A stretch of DNA of 58,992 nucleotides from Patellaria atrata CBS 101060 (lineage: Eukaryota). The position numbers and the translations under genes are program-made. This document shows, piece after piece, positions 1-13,412 of the stretch (positions are counted from its first letter, which is position 1; each line of letters starts with the position of its first letter). The stretch covers positions 539,570 to 598,561 of the forward strand of contig MU006089.1 in NCBI GenBank assembly GCA_010093705.1, read 5' to 3'. Under the pieces are notes generated by a model, which ran no database searches, was not told where the DNA came from, and saw only the letters and a program-made list of their open reading frames with translations.

Positions 1-1209
1 GGGCTGAAGTTCACCATCACAAGTGAGATTCTCTCCTTAACGAGATGCAGAATCTCATCTGGTACATTGCGGGGATGCGGACACAGCGCATGTGCCGAAC
101 TGTGGCTGAATATGGGAGGTGCCGCGCTGCCTGAGATGTTCTTCTCTCTGTTTCCAACGAGCGTATCGCGCATTGTCTCCGGACTCACGTGAGAGAGGTC
201 AACGATCATGCCCATACGATTCATCTCATGGATTAGTTCAGCACCGGCAGGGCTAAGACCGTGCCAGAGAGGCGTTGCCACTTCGATCTCGCCTTCCTTG
301 TTAGGTATGACAGCTGCGTCGGCGTAGATATTGTGGCAGTTCCATGTCAGCGTTGCATAACGAACGCCTAGACTATGGTAGAGTCGGAGAGTAGAAAGAG
401 AATTGCCGATTTGATGCAGGCCTTCGATTGCCAGGGGCGAGATAAGATTCCCAGCTTTGAAAGCACGGAGAGCGGAGCGGTAGGAGGGGGTTGGGGTAAA
501 GACTTTGGGATATAGGGCGGCCAGACGATGGAAGGCGTCGATTTGTTCCAACGTTGCTCGGACGTCTAAGTGTATTAGTTGAGTTGGAAAAGAGTATCCA
601 TTCTACGGATCTAGATCTTCTGAGAGTTTGAATCTCATGCATGAGGTTTTCAATTTGACTCACAGGGCGCATAATTCTCGTCCGAGAAATCAGTAACATT
701 CTCCGGGCAAGGAAGAAATGCACTCCAAAATGCTCCTCCCTGCTTGCCAGTTTGAAGTCTAGGAAGATCAAAATGTCCGGGAAAGCCGCCGTTCTCAAAT
801 GGCTCCTTGAATCCTGAACCATATATATGATTCTTATGAAGAAATCTTACTAAGATTAACAGATCGTTGTGACCATCTGTACTTTTGTCAGATTGTCTGA
901 TTTTGAAGTTTCAAAGTAATCATGGAAACTACCTATCAGGGGATTCTTGTCTAGTATGCTCTTTGCTCTTTCTTCAATGGATAATTTTCCGAATGATAAC
1001 TGATCCCATGATCTGGACCAACTCGTAGGGAGAAACAACCTGAGACTGAAGCCGAGAAAGACAATGAGGACAACATTTCGCACTACTCCCCAGTGTTTAG
1101 ACTTAGCTTGCTTTGTTCCTGGAGCACGGATAGGTGCGGGTTCCATCAACACTCTCTTTTCGTCCATCATATAGAAATTAGATGAAAATCTGGGAAGTGG
1201 ATCTTTCAT
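1..1209 (-). CDS. Membrane dipeptidase, peptidase family M19 (renal dipeptidase-like), with N-terminal signal anchor; 3' end runs off the window
   Basis: Manual splicing (introns ~932-877 and ~663-566) gives IDGHNDL, GHFDLPRL..GKQGGAFWSAF, IEGLHQIGNSLSTLRLYHSLGVRYATLTWNCHN, EMNRMGMIVDLSHVS and PIFSHSSA..CPHPRNVPD, all M19 hallmarks. The start could instead be the ATG at ~1170. Confidence 0.9.
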
Positions 1210-1428
1210 ATCGATTCATTTCTCAATGTCTGAAAGCATTATATAGGTATATACTTATTACTACAGCACATAAACAAACTGACGTCGGAGTTAACTGTAG
1301 ACCCCGGAGGGAGCTCAGGCCAACTACGACAGGGCGTTGCGGCCCGGGAAGCTTCAAAGGTCCTCTGTTGTCACAGCAAACCCATCTCGAAATAATCGAT
1401 ACGTTCACGTCCTGGAATTGACATCAAG

Positions 1429-2095
1429 ATGGCTCTCATATCAGCCTTCACAATGATTCGGGCCATTGCCCTCTTCCATCTCACCGTTGCATTCTATCTC
1501 CTAAGCTCTCCGAAAACAGTAGCAGACCATAATCTAGTCTTTCTGTTAGGAGCATCAATGCGGCTCGTAAGTGCACCTATATACATAAGCCGCAACCTCT
1601 GACCTTAAATGCAGGAGCATATCTCTGCATTCAACAAACCTTCGCCCGTAACTGCGTTCCTCGCTGTCGTATTCGCTTTCCTTGGTATCTCCGACCTCGC
1701 AGCCGCGTCTTTGGCAGAAGAAATTGCTATTCCGTATTGGAACTCTCAAGCACCCGTGCGGGCGTTTTTCTTATTCGCCTTGACCAGCTATACGTATATG
1801 TATAAGGAAGGTGGGATGTTGGCGAACCAGGGGTTCAGATATAAGCAGAATGTGGGTGACAACTTGAAGAATGGTGTGGTATTTGCGTGGAGTTTCATGG
1901 AGCTGGTGTCGTGGTTCTGGGTAAGTAATGGATGTCTAGTGCATTATGTGCTACTCATATGGTTGATGTTGGCTTTTATATTTGATGCTAACATTTATGT
2001 TATAGGTGTTTCTGCTTATCCGAGATGAGAGGCGACAAGCAGCGATCAGACTGATGGAAAAGCGAAGGGCTGAGGCTGCAAGATTAAACTTATAG
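1429..2095 (+). CDS. ILM1: Ilm1-family small multi-pass membrane protein (increased loss of mitochondrial DNA 1)
   Basis: Exons 1429-1566, 1615-1920, 2006-2095 with GTAAGT donors. Protein reads MALISAFTMIRAIALFHL...LGISDL..SLAEE..YWNSQAPVR..FLFALTSYTY...LKNGVVFAWSFMELVSWFWVFLLIRDERR. Confidence 0.8.
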
Positions 2096-2564
2096 AGGAA
2101 CGACCGAGCGTCAGAATAGCTCTCTCGGACAAATAAAAAGGACTAAGGATATTATATTAAAATACAAAATTGAAGGAATTGAAAAACGACACAGTTCTCC
2201 CCGCTGAAGCGAGGGGTAGTCTGTAGTATCTGCCTACTCAGTTACAACCCGAACTTAATGAAGAAAGCCCCTACATACGGTCACGTTTTAGCATGGCCCT
2301 TACTCTATCACACCCAGGGGATGAGGTACGACCTCTAAGTCCTATCGTCTATCGAAGAATTTACACGATTTTGTGATATATGCTAAGACATAAATTTGGC
2401 TCAATTGAGATGAGTCGCTACCTCTTACGATCTTCTAACACTAATACTGAACATTACAACAGAAATAGGATAGAGCCACTAACAAATTAGCATCCAGTGC
2501 TGTTATTATATTACAACAAACGTACATATACTCCAATACCATCTTTATCCCCCATCGCCCTTAA

Positions 2565-3722
2565 TCATTTACCATTCAACCGTTCATAGTAATCCTAACG
2601 CTAGTTAATTTACTCCATACTCACACCATCCGGCATCTTACCTTGCAGCTGATCCCAATTCCCTCCTGAAGCCCAACAATAGGACTGTATCCTAAAACCT
2701 TTCTCGCTTTCTCTATACTCGCATACCGCACACCATACGCGTCTTTAACACTCCCAGCGCTTAAAGTAACCTCCTTTCCAGTCATCCACGTCACCCAGTC
2801 CAAGATAGACCCAGCAAACCACGCCAGCGTCTTCGGAATCCGTATCTCATAGCTCGGGATATGACCAAACTCAGTCCACACAGCAAGACAGAAATCCCGA
2901 AACGGTATCGGTTGGCCGTTAGTAATGAAAAACGCTTCTCCAGCGGCGGACTTTGGGCCTAGAAGGTTTTCTAACGCAAGCACGTGAGCGTGGGAGACAT
3001 TGTCTACGTAGGTGAAATCGGTCAGGTTGAAGCCGTCACCTACGACGAATGGGGTTTCTCCTTTCTCGATACACGCGTGGAGCGTAGGAATCAGTTGCGT
3101 ATCACCTGGTCCAAAGATGACGGAAGGGCGTAGAGCGCAGGTGGCTAGTTCGGGGTAGTTGACGGAGAGGACCAGGTGTTCTGCAATTGTCTGGACATGA
3201 TCAATCTGGAAAGTCTGGGTATGGGGTATTTGTAGTGTCAATATAAGCTACCTTCGATTGCCCATACACCGTCGTAGCTCTCCCCGTCGGAAGCGTCTCC
3301 TTCATATTAGGAAAATCGTGATCCAGATCATCCGATATCACACAGCAAGTACTCGTATACACGAACGCTTTAACTCCCTCCTCCCTCGCCGCGTGGAGTA
3401 TGTTCTCAGTGCCCTTGACATTGATGCTGAATACTTGCGCTCTTTCGGTTTGACTGTATCTAGCGCTGCCGGTGGGAGAGTATCCCGCCGTGTGGATTAT
3501 CACTGTGGGCTTAGTTCCCCGTATTGCTCTCAACGCGTCGGATTTACTGCGCAGATCGGCTTGGATGTAGTTAACGCCGCTGGGGAGCTTGTACCCGAGT
3601 GGTGTAGGTTTGATGTCTAGCACTGTGGTTTTGAACGATGGGTGTGCGTTGAGCAATGCGTGAAGGATGGCTGAACCGACGAAACCTAGTCCACCTGTTA
3701 CCAGTACATGCTCAGCTGGCAT
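2565..3722 (-). CDS. 3-beta-hydroxysteroid dehydrogenase / C-3 sterol dehydrogenase (ERG26/NSDHL-like extended SDR)
   Basis: Exons 3722-3252, 3190-2642, 2594-2565. VLVTGGLGFVG Rossmann motif, catalytic YGQSK, TCALRPSVIFGPGD, DFTYVDNVSHAHVLA, GEAFFITNG. Confidence 0.85.
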
Positions 3723-3870
3723 TTTGAACCCCTAAGAGCAGAGCCAGTAAAGTTTATTTGAAGTGCATATTTAATAATTAATGGTAGTCAGATACCGGTA
3801 TGGTGGTTTGTCCCGGAAGTACTAGACTATCGAAGTTCTATTGTCTCGTCATTCGCTCAAAAGAGATAAA

Positions 3871-4712
3871 ATGCTACTCAACGCGCACATCGGTAATATA
3901 ACAAAACGAAACTACAGCTTCACATTTGACGTAAAAAACCTAACACTCCGCAGCAGGGGTCGCAGACCACGTCCTCCTAGTTCCGTACTGCGCCCACCAC
4001 GTCCCGACCTATCACGAGTGGATGCAAGACGAGGTAAATTAATCCACAACCAGCCACCATATCCCAAACTTAGACCCCGAGTTGAAAGTAATCCTCTAAT
4101 GATCACTAGGAACTCCGACAAGCAACCGCCTCTGAGCCCCTCAGTCTCCTAGCGGAATACGCGATGCAGCAGTCCTGGCGCGCGGACGGGGATAAACTGA
4201 CCTTCATCGTCTGCGCGTGTGATCAGGGGATATCTGAGACTTTAAGTGGGGTTGGTGGTATCAAGGCGAGTGATGGGTATGATGCCCCAGAGAAGATGAT
4301 CGGGGATGTGAATTTGTTTCTCTGCGAAGATGACAGAGATTGGGATTTAGATGACGATGGGAAGGGCAAAGGGGGCTTAGTAGGGGAGATTGAGCTTATG
4401 ATCGCTTCGAAAGTGCGGCAGGGGAAAGGATACGGGAAAGCTGCGCTCTCTGCTTTCCTTGCCTTTGTTGCTAGGTGGGAAGAGGCGATATGTGCGGACT
4501 TCGATGGACGGAAGGGTAGGGGGTTGGAGTATCTACGTGTGAAGGTTGGGAGGGGGAATGTGCGTAGCATTGGCTTGTTTGAGAAATTTGGGTTCACAAA
4601 GGTAAGCGAGGAGCCGAACTATTTTGGGGAGTTCGAGTTAAGGAGGGGTGTGGGGGATAGAGAAAAGGGGGAGGATGGGAATATCAGGGTTATTGAATAT
4701 CGGGAGGAATGA
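3871..4712 (+). CDS. NAT9: GNAT N-acetyltransferase, NAT9-like
   Basis: Exons 3871-3892, 3954-4033, 4110-4712. [96 protein letters not shown]. Confidence 0.88.
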
Positions 4713-4803
4713 CATGAGTTGAGAGAAGCTGTTGAATACGGCAACTTTTCGAATTCGTGGAGGGACGTAGTCCATGTTCTACATTTGGTGTGATTCACAC
4801 TGT

Positions 4804-6146
4804 CTACAACTTCTGGTATTCAAGCTTGCCTTCTAACTTCTTCGACTCTGCCATCTTCCTGACTGCTTTGCTGAAGTCGTCCTGGTTGATGGCATCCCGG
4901 TAATCCTTGATAGCGAATAGACCACTGTATAAGATCAGTAATGTTGTCACTTGTTTCAAAAAGGGAATACTCACGCTTCTGTAACTACATTCCTCAAATC
5001 TGCTCCGTTAAACTGATCACTCATTTTAACGACGCTTTCAAAGTCAATCTCACCCTCCGTCTGAACACCCTGAGCATGAATCTTCAAAATCTCCAACCGC
5101 CCGACTTCGTTAGGAAGTGGAATCTCAATTTTACGATCCAGTCGTCCAGCTCTTAGAAGCGCAGGATCTAGAGTATCCGGTCGATTCGTTGCCATGATGA
5201 TTTTCGTCTTACCTAGGTAATCGAAGCCGTCTAATTGGTTTAGGAGTTCCATCAATGTACGTTGGATCTCTCTATCCGCTGATGTGCCCTCTGAAAATCT
5301 TCGTCCGCCGATAGCGTCGATTTCGTCCATAAAGATGATGCAGGGCTCGTGTTCTTTGGCATAGCCGAACATTTCGCGGATGAGACGTGCAGATTCTCCG
5401 ATGTACTTGTCGACAATAGCAGATGAGACAACTAAAATGGGGTTCAGTTATAATCTTCGCTTTCCAAGTTCTATTTCACTCCTTACCCTTCAAGAAGTTT
5501 GTCTCCAAGCTGCTTGCCACAGCCCTAGCCAGGAGAGTCTTGCCAGTTCCAGGGGGTCCGTACAGCAAAACGCCTTTGGGAGGTTTGATGCCGACCCGTA
5601 AGAAGAGTTCAGGGTTCTTCAGTGGTAGTTCAATGACCTCTCGTAGCTCTCTGATTTGCTCATTGAGACCACCGATACCACCGAAGCTGACCTGACCGGG
5701 ATCTTCTAATGACATATTATAAACCAGAGGGTCAACCTCGCGGGGTAGCATGCGCATTATGGTAAGTGTTGTCATATCTAACGCAACTCGAGTGCCTTGC
5801 TTGAGTTTGGCCTTATCTACCTTCGATCGACAACCGACGACATATCGTGGGCCTGACGATGCTTTGACAATGACTATGACTCCCATTAGCTGCAACAGTA
5901 CTTAAAAGAAAGAACAATCAAAGACTTACACCTCTCATCATCTAATTGTTTCAAAACCTCTCCTATTATTTGTCCCACACTCTGTAAAGCTTTGATGTTG
6001 TCCTCTGAAACGTCGAAATCCCGCTGCAGGCCCTTTATTTCTAGTCGTAAAGCTTTTAGCTTTGCTTCCCATTCCCTTGAATCTAGCAGCTTCTTTTTAT
6101 ATTCTTCGAGGGCGTGGTCACGCTCTGGGTCACTGGCACCACTCAT
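4804..6146 (-). CDS. RPT4: 26S proteasome AAA-ATPase regulatory subunit Rpt4 (10B)
   Basis: Exons 6146-5930, 5873-5487, 5431-4975, 4924-4804. [31 protein letters not shown], Walker A GPPGTGKT, Walker [10 protein letters not shown]-terminus [12 protein letters not shown]. Confidence 0.97.
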
Positions 6147-6812
6147 CGCGAATGTTTCAGAAGGCCGGAGCTTGGAGGTGAGCTGTGGCTGGAAACTAAG
6201 CGTACGACCGTTGCGGAAGAGAAATCGACTCGGACTGTAGGTAGAAGAGATGAACTGCTGTCAACTTTGCTTTAGTAGGTGAGATGAAGGATGTTGGAGA
6301 GATTTGCTGGGAATTATTTACAAGCATCCATTACACGAGCTTAGGTAGGTTCGCGATGTCAGGTCTACGAAGCTCCGACGCCAAGAGCTACATTTAGCAA
6401 ACATGACAAACAAGACAAATGTTTTCAATTCAACATTTTCAACGGACGTACTGATGGTCTGCTCATTAGAGCTCTGGCAACCCCACCAAAGCCCTCACCC
6501 CGCCAATCCCATATAATTTGTTTTCCTAACAACAGATTTTAGAAAATACCGCAAATTTCTTGCTTTTACTGAGTCTGCCCTGTCTCCATAAGTAGGTCCT
6601 GGTCTCTCTTCCCTATTTCCCTAAATTGCCTCCAACCCCTCATCCCCAAACCCGGTTTTCGGCGTATGCTGTGCTACATTGCTTAGATAGCATCCTCGGG
6701 GAAGTCATTCTCCAAGAACAGCACCAAACACCATCTTCTTCCCTCAGACCGGATACTTCCACTCTCTGTCAATTCATCATTTTCTGTACATTTATCAATC
6801 AGTTCACACTAA

Positions 6813-8362
<1,550 letters not shown>

Positions 8363-9383
8363 AGTTATCTAACCTTAGGACTCTTACCATGAGATCATGC
8401 AGCTCCAAATTGGCATACGGCTGAAAGCAACGAAGCTAAAAGTTGATAGACAAATCTGAATTCACTTGTCTCTCATTTTTATGTTGACGTTGTCCATTAG
8501 ACTATTCCTGATGGAGTCTAGGAATGATGACTAAGCTTATCCCATTTCGTACACTCCTCATTATGGATCGCAACCCAGGTAACCAGATCTTCGGTCATGT
8601 TCGGCTTCAAGCCCCGTGGAATGTGATCTGGTAACCAGAATACATAAAGCCCTTATCGTAGATCGAGGACATTATCTTTACCATGCCAGAACCCCCTGAG
8701 GACCTAACTCATGTTTCAAATCCCACCTAATCCGTCACCATTGCAATGGAAGCCAACAACACCCATTGTTGTCCATAAACAAAGCTCCTCCTTTGATACA
8801 AACTTGAACTCCATCTTTACCCCAGTCCTTGTTTTGAGGATATGACTTCGAGTTGATGCGATTATTCCCGGGTGCAAATTGCTTCCACATCTGTCTTTTC
8901 CTTGAGCACATCCTAGTCTCTTAACTTCTATCTGCTTACATATTACACTCCTGTCCCTTTCCGCACTATATTAGCTATTTCGCTCTCGATTTTGTACACA
9001 ACCGTTCTTGTAAGCCCTCATTTGAGATTATACAACTCCTTGTTACATTCCTTCTAATTTCTTATCTATATTTCAATCCAAATTCAACGTATATTCAGAG
9101 TCACAGCAAATACACAGGTTTTAACTTTTCAGGAATGACTTTTCACGATTTGACATTCCACCGAGAAAGAGACTCAAACAAACATTGAAGTACATTATAA
9201 AGTATTGTAAACTATGGTCAAACCTGACGTCAAACTGTATCGATCTTTGATCCATAATTATGGACCGTCTTTTTCACTAACCCATACTTTCCAAAATATT
9301 CCCATATTCCTCATTTCCCTTATCTCTTTCGTTTCGTTATTGCTAATAACGTCAATCTAACGAACAAATAAGATCTGATTGAG

Positions 9384-10085
9384 ATGAGGTTCTCCAAATT
9401 TGTTACTTTAGGCGCAATATTCACAAGAGCATTGGCGCAAATCACTGTCACGGAAACATGCTCAAGCTCTATTAGCGATACTCACGTCACCGAGACTGTC
9501 GAGGACTGTGAAACCTCTACAGCTGAGTGGGAAACCGTGACTATCACATCCGCTCTCACCATAACATCTTGTCCCGTTTGCCCGGAGGCGCCACAACCAA
9601 TCGATCACTCGTTCACAAGGCCTAATAGGCAATATACTACTACCTATGTAACTACATATACTGCAGTATGCTCGACCGGTTGGACCCAATCAGAATATAC
9701 AGTAACTGAGACATACACTGGCGAAACACTTTCCTGGCCCTCCCTTTCGAGTCGTCTGCCCCCAGGCTTCACAACAACTGTAACAGTCTGCAGGGTTTGC
9801 GGGAAGACACCTATCACGGCGACATTGACGGTACCTTGTGCCTCACGGACAGGCGGATTCAATTTCTTGAATAAAACAGTGTCCCCGGCAACACCCTATC
9901 CAACGACTCATAATACCACTGTACAAGAATGTCCAGGTATTGATTGCAAGATATATCCTTCTTCTAGTATCTATCCGGATAACCCGCCTGTAGACAAACC
10001 TGGGGGCGCATCGGTCCATTCGATGGGATGGAATATCTTAACTTTTGCTATAACAGCTGTTGGCGCACTTGCTGTGCTTCTATGA
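9384..10085 (+). CDS. Secreted Thr/Ser-rich, probably GPI-anchored cell-wall protein
   Basis: Intronless 233 aa. Signal peptide MRFSKFVTLGAIFTRALA, Cys-spaced Thr-rich modules (TLTITSCPVC; PPGFTTTVTVCRVCG..PITATLTVP), then GGAS followed by a hydrophobic C-terminal tail. Confidence 0.8.
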   Translation: MRFSKFVTLGAIFTRALAQITVTETCSSSISDTHVTETVEDCETSTAEWETVTITSALTITSCPVCPEAPQPIDHSFTRPNRQYTTTYVTTYTAVCSTGWTQSEYTVTETYTGETLSWPSLSSRLPPGFTTTVTVCRVCGKTPITATLTVPCASRTGGFNFLNKTVSPATPYPTTHNTTVQECPGIDCKIYPSSSIYPDNPPVDKPGGASVHSMGWNILTFAITAVGALAVLL

Positions 10086-10889
10086 GTTTGCACTGCGTTC
10101 ATTTGTCGGCGATAGTCTTTGGATAAGGTCAATCTCATGCACAAGCAACTCCATCGGTTAGTCTAATAAAGTTAAATAGGTGTTATGGAGTTTTCGCATC
10201 ATTTTCATCTCTTACATATCCACGATACCTTATTGTCCTTTTTCACGTCGCTGTCTTTGTACTTTTCTCTTTTATGTCTTGGCGAGCTCTAATAAAGTAA
10301 GAGCAGCCCACTCTATCTCGGTTTTCTCGCCTTCTTGGTTCTACCCAATCCTACTCCAGGAGAATAGTCTTTACGTGGAATTCTAGCTTTCGATACCCAT
10401 ACTCGCTTTAATTAAAATACTGTCGTTGGATTAATGATAGAATGTCTTGTTCGTTAGGCATCCTTCTGTTATCGCTCAGGAAGTCTTAGGGAGGGATATG
10501 GGAAGAATACGTCTTCACGAATTAAGAAGTTCACACCGCTTTGATTGTCTTACCACTAACCGTCGTATGAGGAATGACTGCCCTACCGGAACCAAGAGAA
10601 TAAAGACGTCCTACAATGTCAGCAGACAAAGCGGTGGTTAACCTCTTATTGTTCTTTTCTTATACCTATAACAAGGGATTCTTAATAGATCTTTGTCTGG
10701 AACCATTACAATGTCTTTGAAATGTAGAATCTATATAAACATCTGGTATACTTGCCTCCGCCCGCGCATGCTATATCCAAACTAAAGCCAACAGAAAGAG
10801 TACACTATTAACAATTACAACCAACAACTCGCTAGCTGCTGGCAGCGAAATAATTCAACAACTAATACGAACACTACGAGCACTCAAAT

Positions 10890-13412
10890 ATGCCGTCAAG
10901 AACCATCTCCAAATACCAAACTCCTCGTTCTAACCCCGCGAAACACTCACGGGACACTTCCGGGACTCGTGCGGCGGCTCATGCAGGTAGAGTAGCTATG
11001 GAGCGTGCCCTCCCCTCTCAAAGTCCTTGGACGAGAAACAAAGACTACCAAACCAAACTCACCCAGCGCCGAATTGAGCACGAAGCACAGGCACGCAGCC
11101 AGGCTCAGTATACTATCAAACAAGCATCAAAGGGACGGCCGGAACATAACTACCCTAAGAGCACAAACCTGAGGCCAGATCAGTTTATACCAATGAGCCA
11201 TATCAAAACCCAAAAAAGACCGGTCAGCCCATACGAAGAGAGTAGAACTATCCCCCGGTATCCTAAACCACCAGTGTCTCCGCTAGAAACGGTCCAGAAG
11301 AAGGTACTGAAGGAAAGTCGTGCTTTCTTCAGGGACTGGGCGCAAATGCATGCGGAAGCGAGTACGCAAGAGAAAGCTGAGCTGTGGAATAAGAGCATGA
11401 AGGGAAGCGTCAAAGCTGCCGAGATTGCAGGTAAAGCCACAGTGAACGCGACTAAGACAATGGGGAAGGGAGCCGTGATCGTGGGAAAGTCATTAGGGGG
11501 AGGCGCAACAAACATGGCAAACCTCACACGTAATGTAAGCAATCTCCAACTTCCTACGCTTGGAAAGCAAGAGAAAGTTGATGAGATTGCTAGTGTTTAT
11601 GATCGGTCTCCCATTTGGCCTACACCAAAGCCTCATACTCCTAAGCGTGAGGACTCGAAGACTCCTCGGAAGACAATGTTGGCTGACCTCTTGCACGTAG
11701 ACGCCGGAGGACCACAGCTTAGGGAGTCAATTAGGCAAGTTCCACATCGCAACAATGCTATTCCAAGGCTCGAGACGCCTGTACCGCCAAAGCGAGAGAC
11801 GCATCCGCAAGCTTGGAACCAACAACAGTTCTCGTCCGTACCTGACCGACACGTATCCAAGCGGTCTGGACTGTCTAAACCCAATCAGTCCGCGACCAGC
11901 AGGCTACACGATATGGGGAGCGTCGTCCAAACACCTCGAAGGGTACCGAGTAAATCACGCAAGGCCCCACCATCTTCCATGGCAAAGAAGTTCACTAAGT
12001 GGAAGAATTATAGTACTAACAAGCGACACGAAGAGCTGAAGTCTAAGATCTCGGCACCTATGCCATTGGTAACTTCATACTCAAGGGGTTCCGCGAATAT
12101 TGCAGTAGTGTCTGGCGTCGGCGGTGGTCAAAATGCAGCTCATCCTGCTGTTTCATCTGTCAGCCAAGGGAAGCGTATACAACACCCAAAGAGTTCCTCC
12201 CCTTTCCGTCTTTGCGGAGGAAATACTGACAGTAAGACCAAAAAGAGAGGTGATAACGAGATCGCAGCGAAACAAAACATCGGAATATCAGATCAGGTAC
12301 AAGGACCGCATAGCAAGGAATCCAAACCAAACCCCGGCTCTAAAGGAGTTCTCAACGTTCATGCGCATACCCCAGAAGAGTATGTGCGCCGTGGTACTGC
12401 ATTCGCCGATTTCTTAGATGTACCTAATTTGGAGTCACTACAAGTTCAAACTCCGAAACAAGAGGCACCATCTCCTGCAGTAACCTCTAGACATCATTCG
12501 AGCTTTCGTAGAAAGATATTGTCACGTCGAGATTCTGACGAGAGTTTCTTCTGTCAGGGGCAGGATCCTGAGGACCAAAAAATAGCAAGCCAACTGCTTA
12601 AGAGAAAACCATCACCACCAATCCTTAGCGCAAATCTAAGTTATCAACGCTGGGTGCAGGAGCAAGGCCGGAGGATGATGTCATCAAATACCCCAAAATC
12701 TTCGAAGACGCCATTGACAGCTAATCCATACGCTGGTTTGCGTGCTGAATCACCCAGTCCGAGAGCTGATACCCCTCGACCGTACGAGAACCTTCCCGAG
12801 GGATCAGTTGAATCTCAGTCGTCTTCAATTCGTAACAACGTTATCAGCTACTCACTTGATAATGATTCTCTCTACGCAGAACGGACACCGGGTCTCCCAA
12901 AACCGTCTGGGAATAAACCTGATTGGTGGGAGTCCTACTACGTGTCCGAGGGTGAAATGGATTGGGCCGCTTTCGATCGAGATATGGCTGGGCTGCCCAG
13001 AGAGAGCAAGACACCTAGAGCCGGATCGTCATCGGTGTATCCAGATCTCCCAAGGGAAGCAGAGCCAACGGCAAAAGCAAAGGCAAGGGTAGTCAGATCA
13101 TCCTCGGTATATCCAGACAGCCAAATAGGTCCATTCAGGTTAACCGGCCTATCACAGGTGAGTTGGGCTACGAACACTTCGTCGTCTTATGATGATGAAC
13201 AGGTATCTCCATGCGGGACTATGTATGGTGGCAGAGATTCACAATACAATGCTGAAATGCGGATGAGAGGCCTATTCTATCAACCGCAGGATATCCCGCG
13301 AATACCTGCCATTCCTGACAATATTAACGGTAAGGATCCAAGGGATACTCGATTCTATAAGTTCTACGACCAGATTCTGGATCGTCAACCCTCTCCCCCT
13401 CGTAAGACCTAA
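10890..13412 (+). CDS. Hypothetical 840-aa basic, Ser/Pro-rich, largely disordered protein
   Basis: 2.5-kb intronless ORF, too long to be chance. AAAT-ATG start context, upstream TATATAAA (~10732) and an A/C-rich 5' UTR. No domain recognised. Confidence 0.75.
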   Translation: MPSRTISKYQTPRSNPAKHSRDTSGTRAAAHAGRVAMERALPSQSPWTRNKDYQTKLTQRRIEHEAQARSQAQYTIKQASKGRPEHNYPKSTNLRPDQFIPMSHIKTQKRPVSPYEESRTIPRYPKPPVSPLETVQKKVLKESRAFFRDWAQMHAEASTQEKAELWNKSMKGSVKAAEIAGKATVNATKTMGKGAVIVGKSLGGGATNMANLTRNVSNLQLPTLGKQEKVDEIASVYDRSPIWPTPKPHTPKREDSKTPRKTMLADLLHVDAGGPQLRESIRQVPHRNNAIPRLETPVPPKRETHPQAWNQQQFSSVPDRHVSKRSGLSKPNQSATSRLHDMGSVVQTPRRVPSKSRKAPPSSMAKKFTKWKNYSTNKRHEELKSKISAPMPLVTSYSRGSANIAVVSGVGGGQNAAHPAVSSVSQGKRIQHPKSSSPFRLCGGNTDSKTKKRGDNEIAAKQNIGISDQVQGPHSKESKPNPGSKGVLNVHAHTPEEYVRRGTAFADFLDVPNLESLQVQTPKQEAPSPAVTSRHHSSFRRKILSRRDSDESFFCQGQDPEDQKIASQLLKRKPSPPILSANLSYQRWVQEQGRRMMSSNTPKSSKTPLTANPYAGLRAESPSPRADTPRPYENLPEGSVESQSSSIRNNVISYSLDNDSLYAERTPGLPKPSGNKPDWWESYYVSEGEMDWAAFDRDMAGLPRESKTPRAGSSSVYPDLPREAEPTAKAKARVVRSSSVYPDSQIGPFRLTGLSQVSWATNTSSSYDDEQVSPCGTMYGGRDSQYNAEMRMRGLFYQPQDIPRIPAIPDNINGKDPRDTRFYKFYDQILDRQPSPPRKT

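Noticed and set aside
1..3722. Secondary-metabolite cluster (GliJ-like dipeptidase plus tailoring enzymes)
   Set aside because: No NRPS, PKS or terpene synthase in the window. The dipeptidase has a signal anchor and its neighbours are housekeeping genes. The region left of the window is unseen.
4804..4815. RPT4 C-terminal QKL as a PTS1
   Set aside because: It is the conserved Rpt4 tail, not a targeting novelty.
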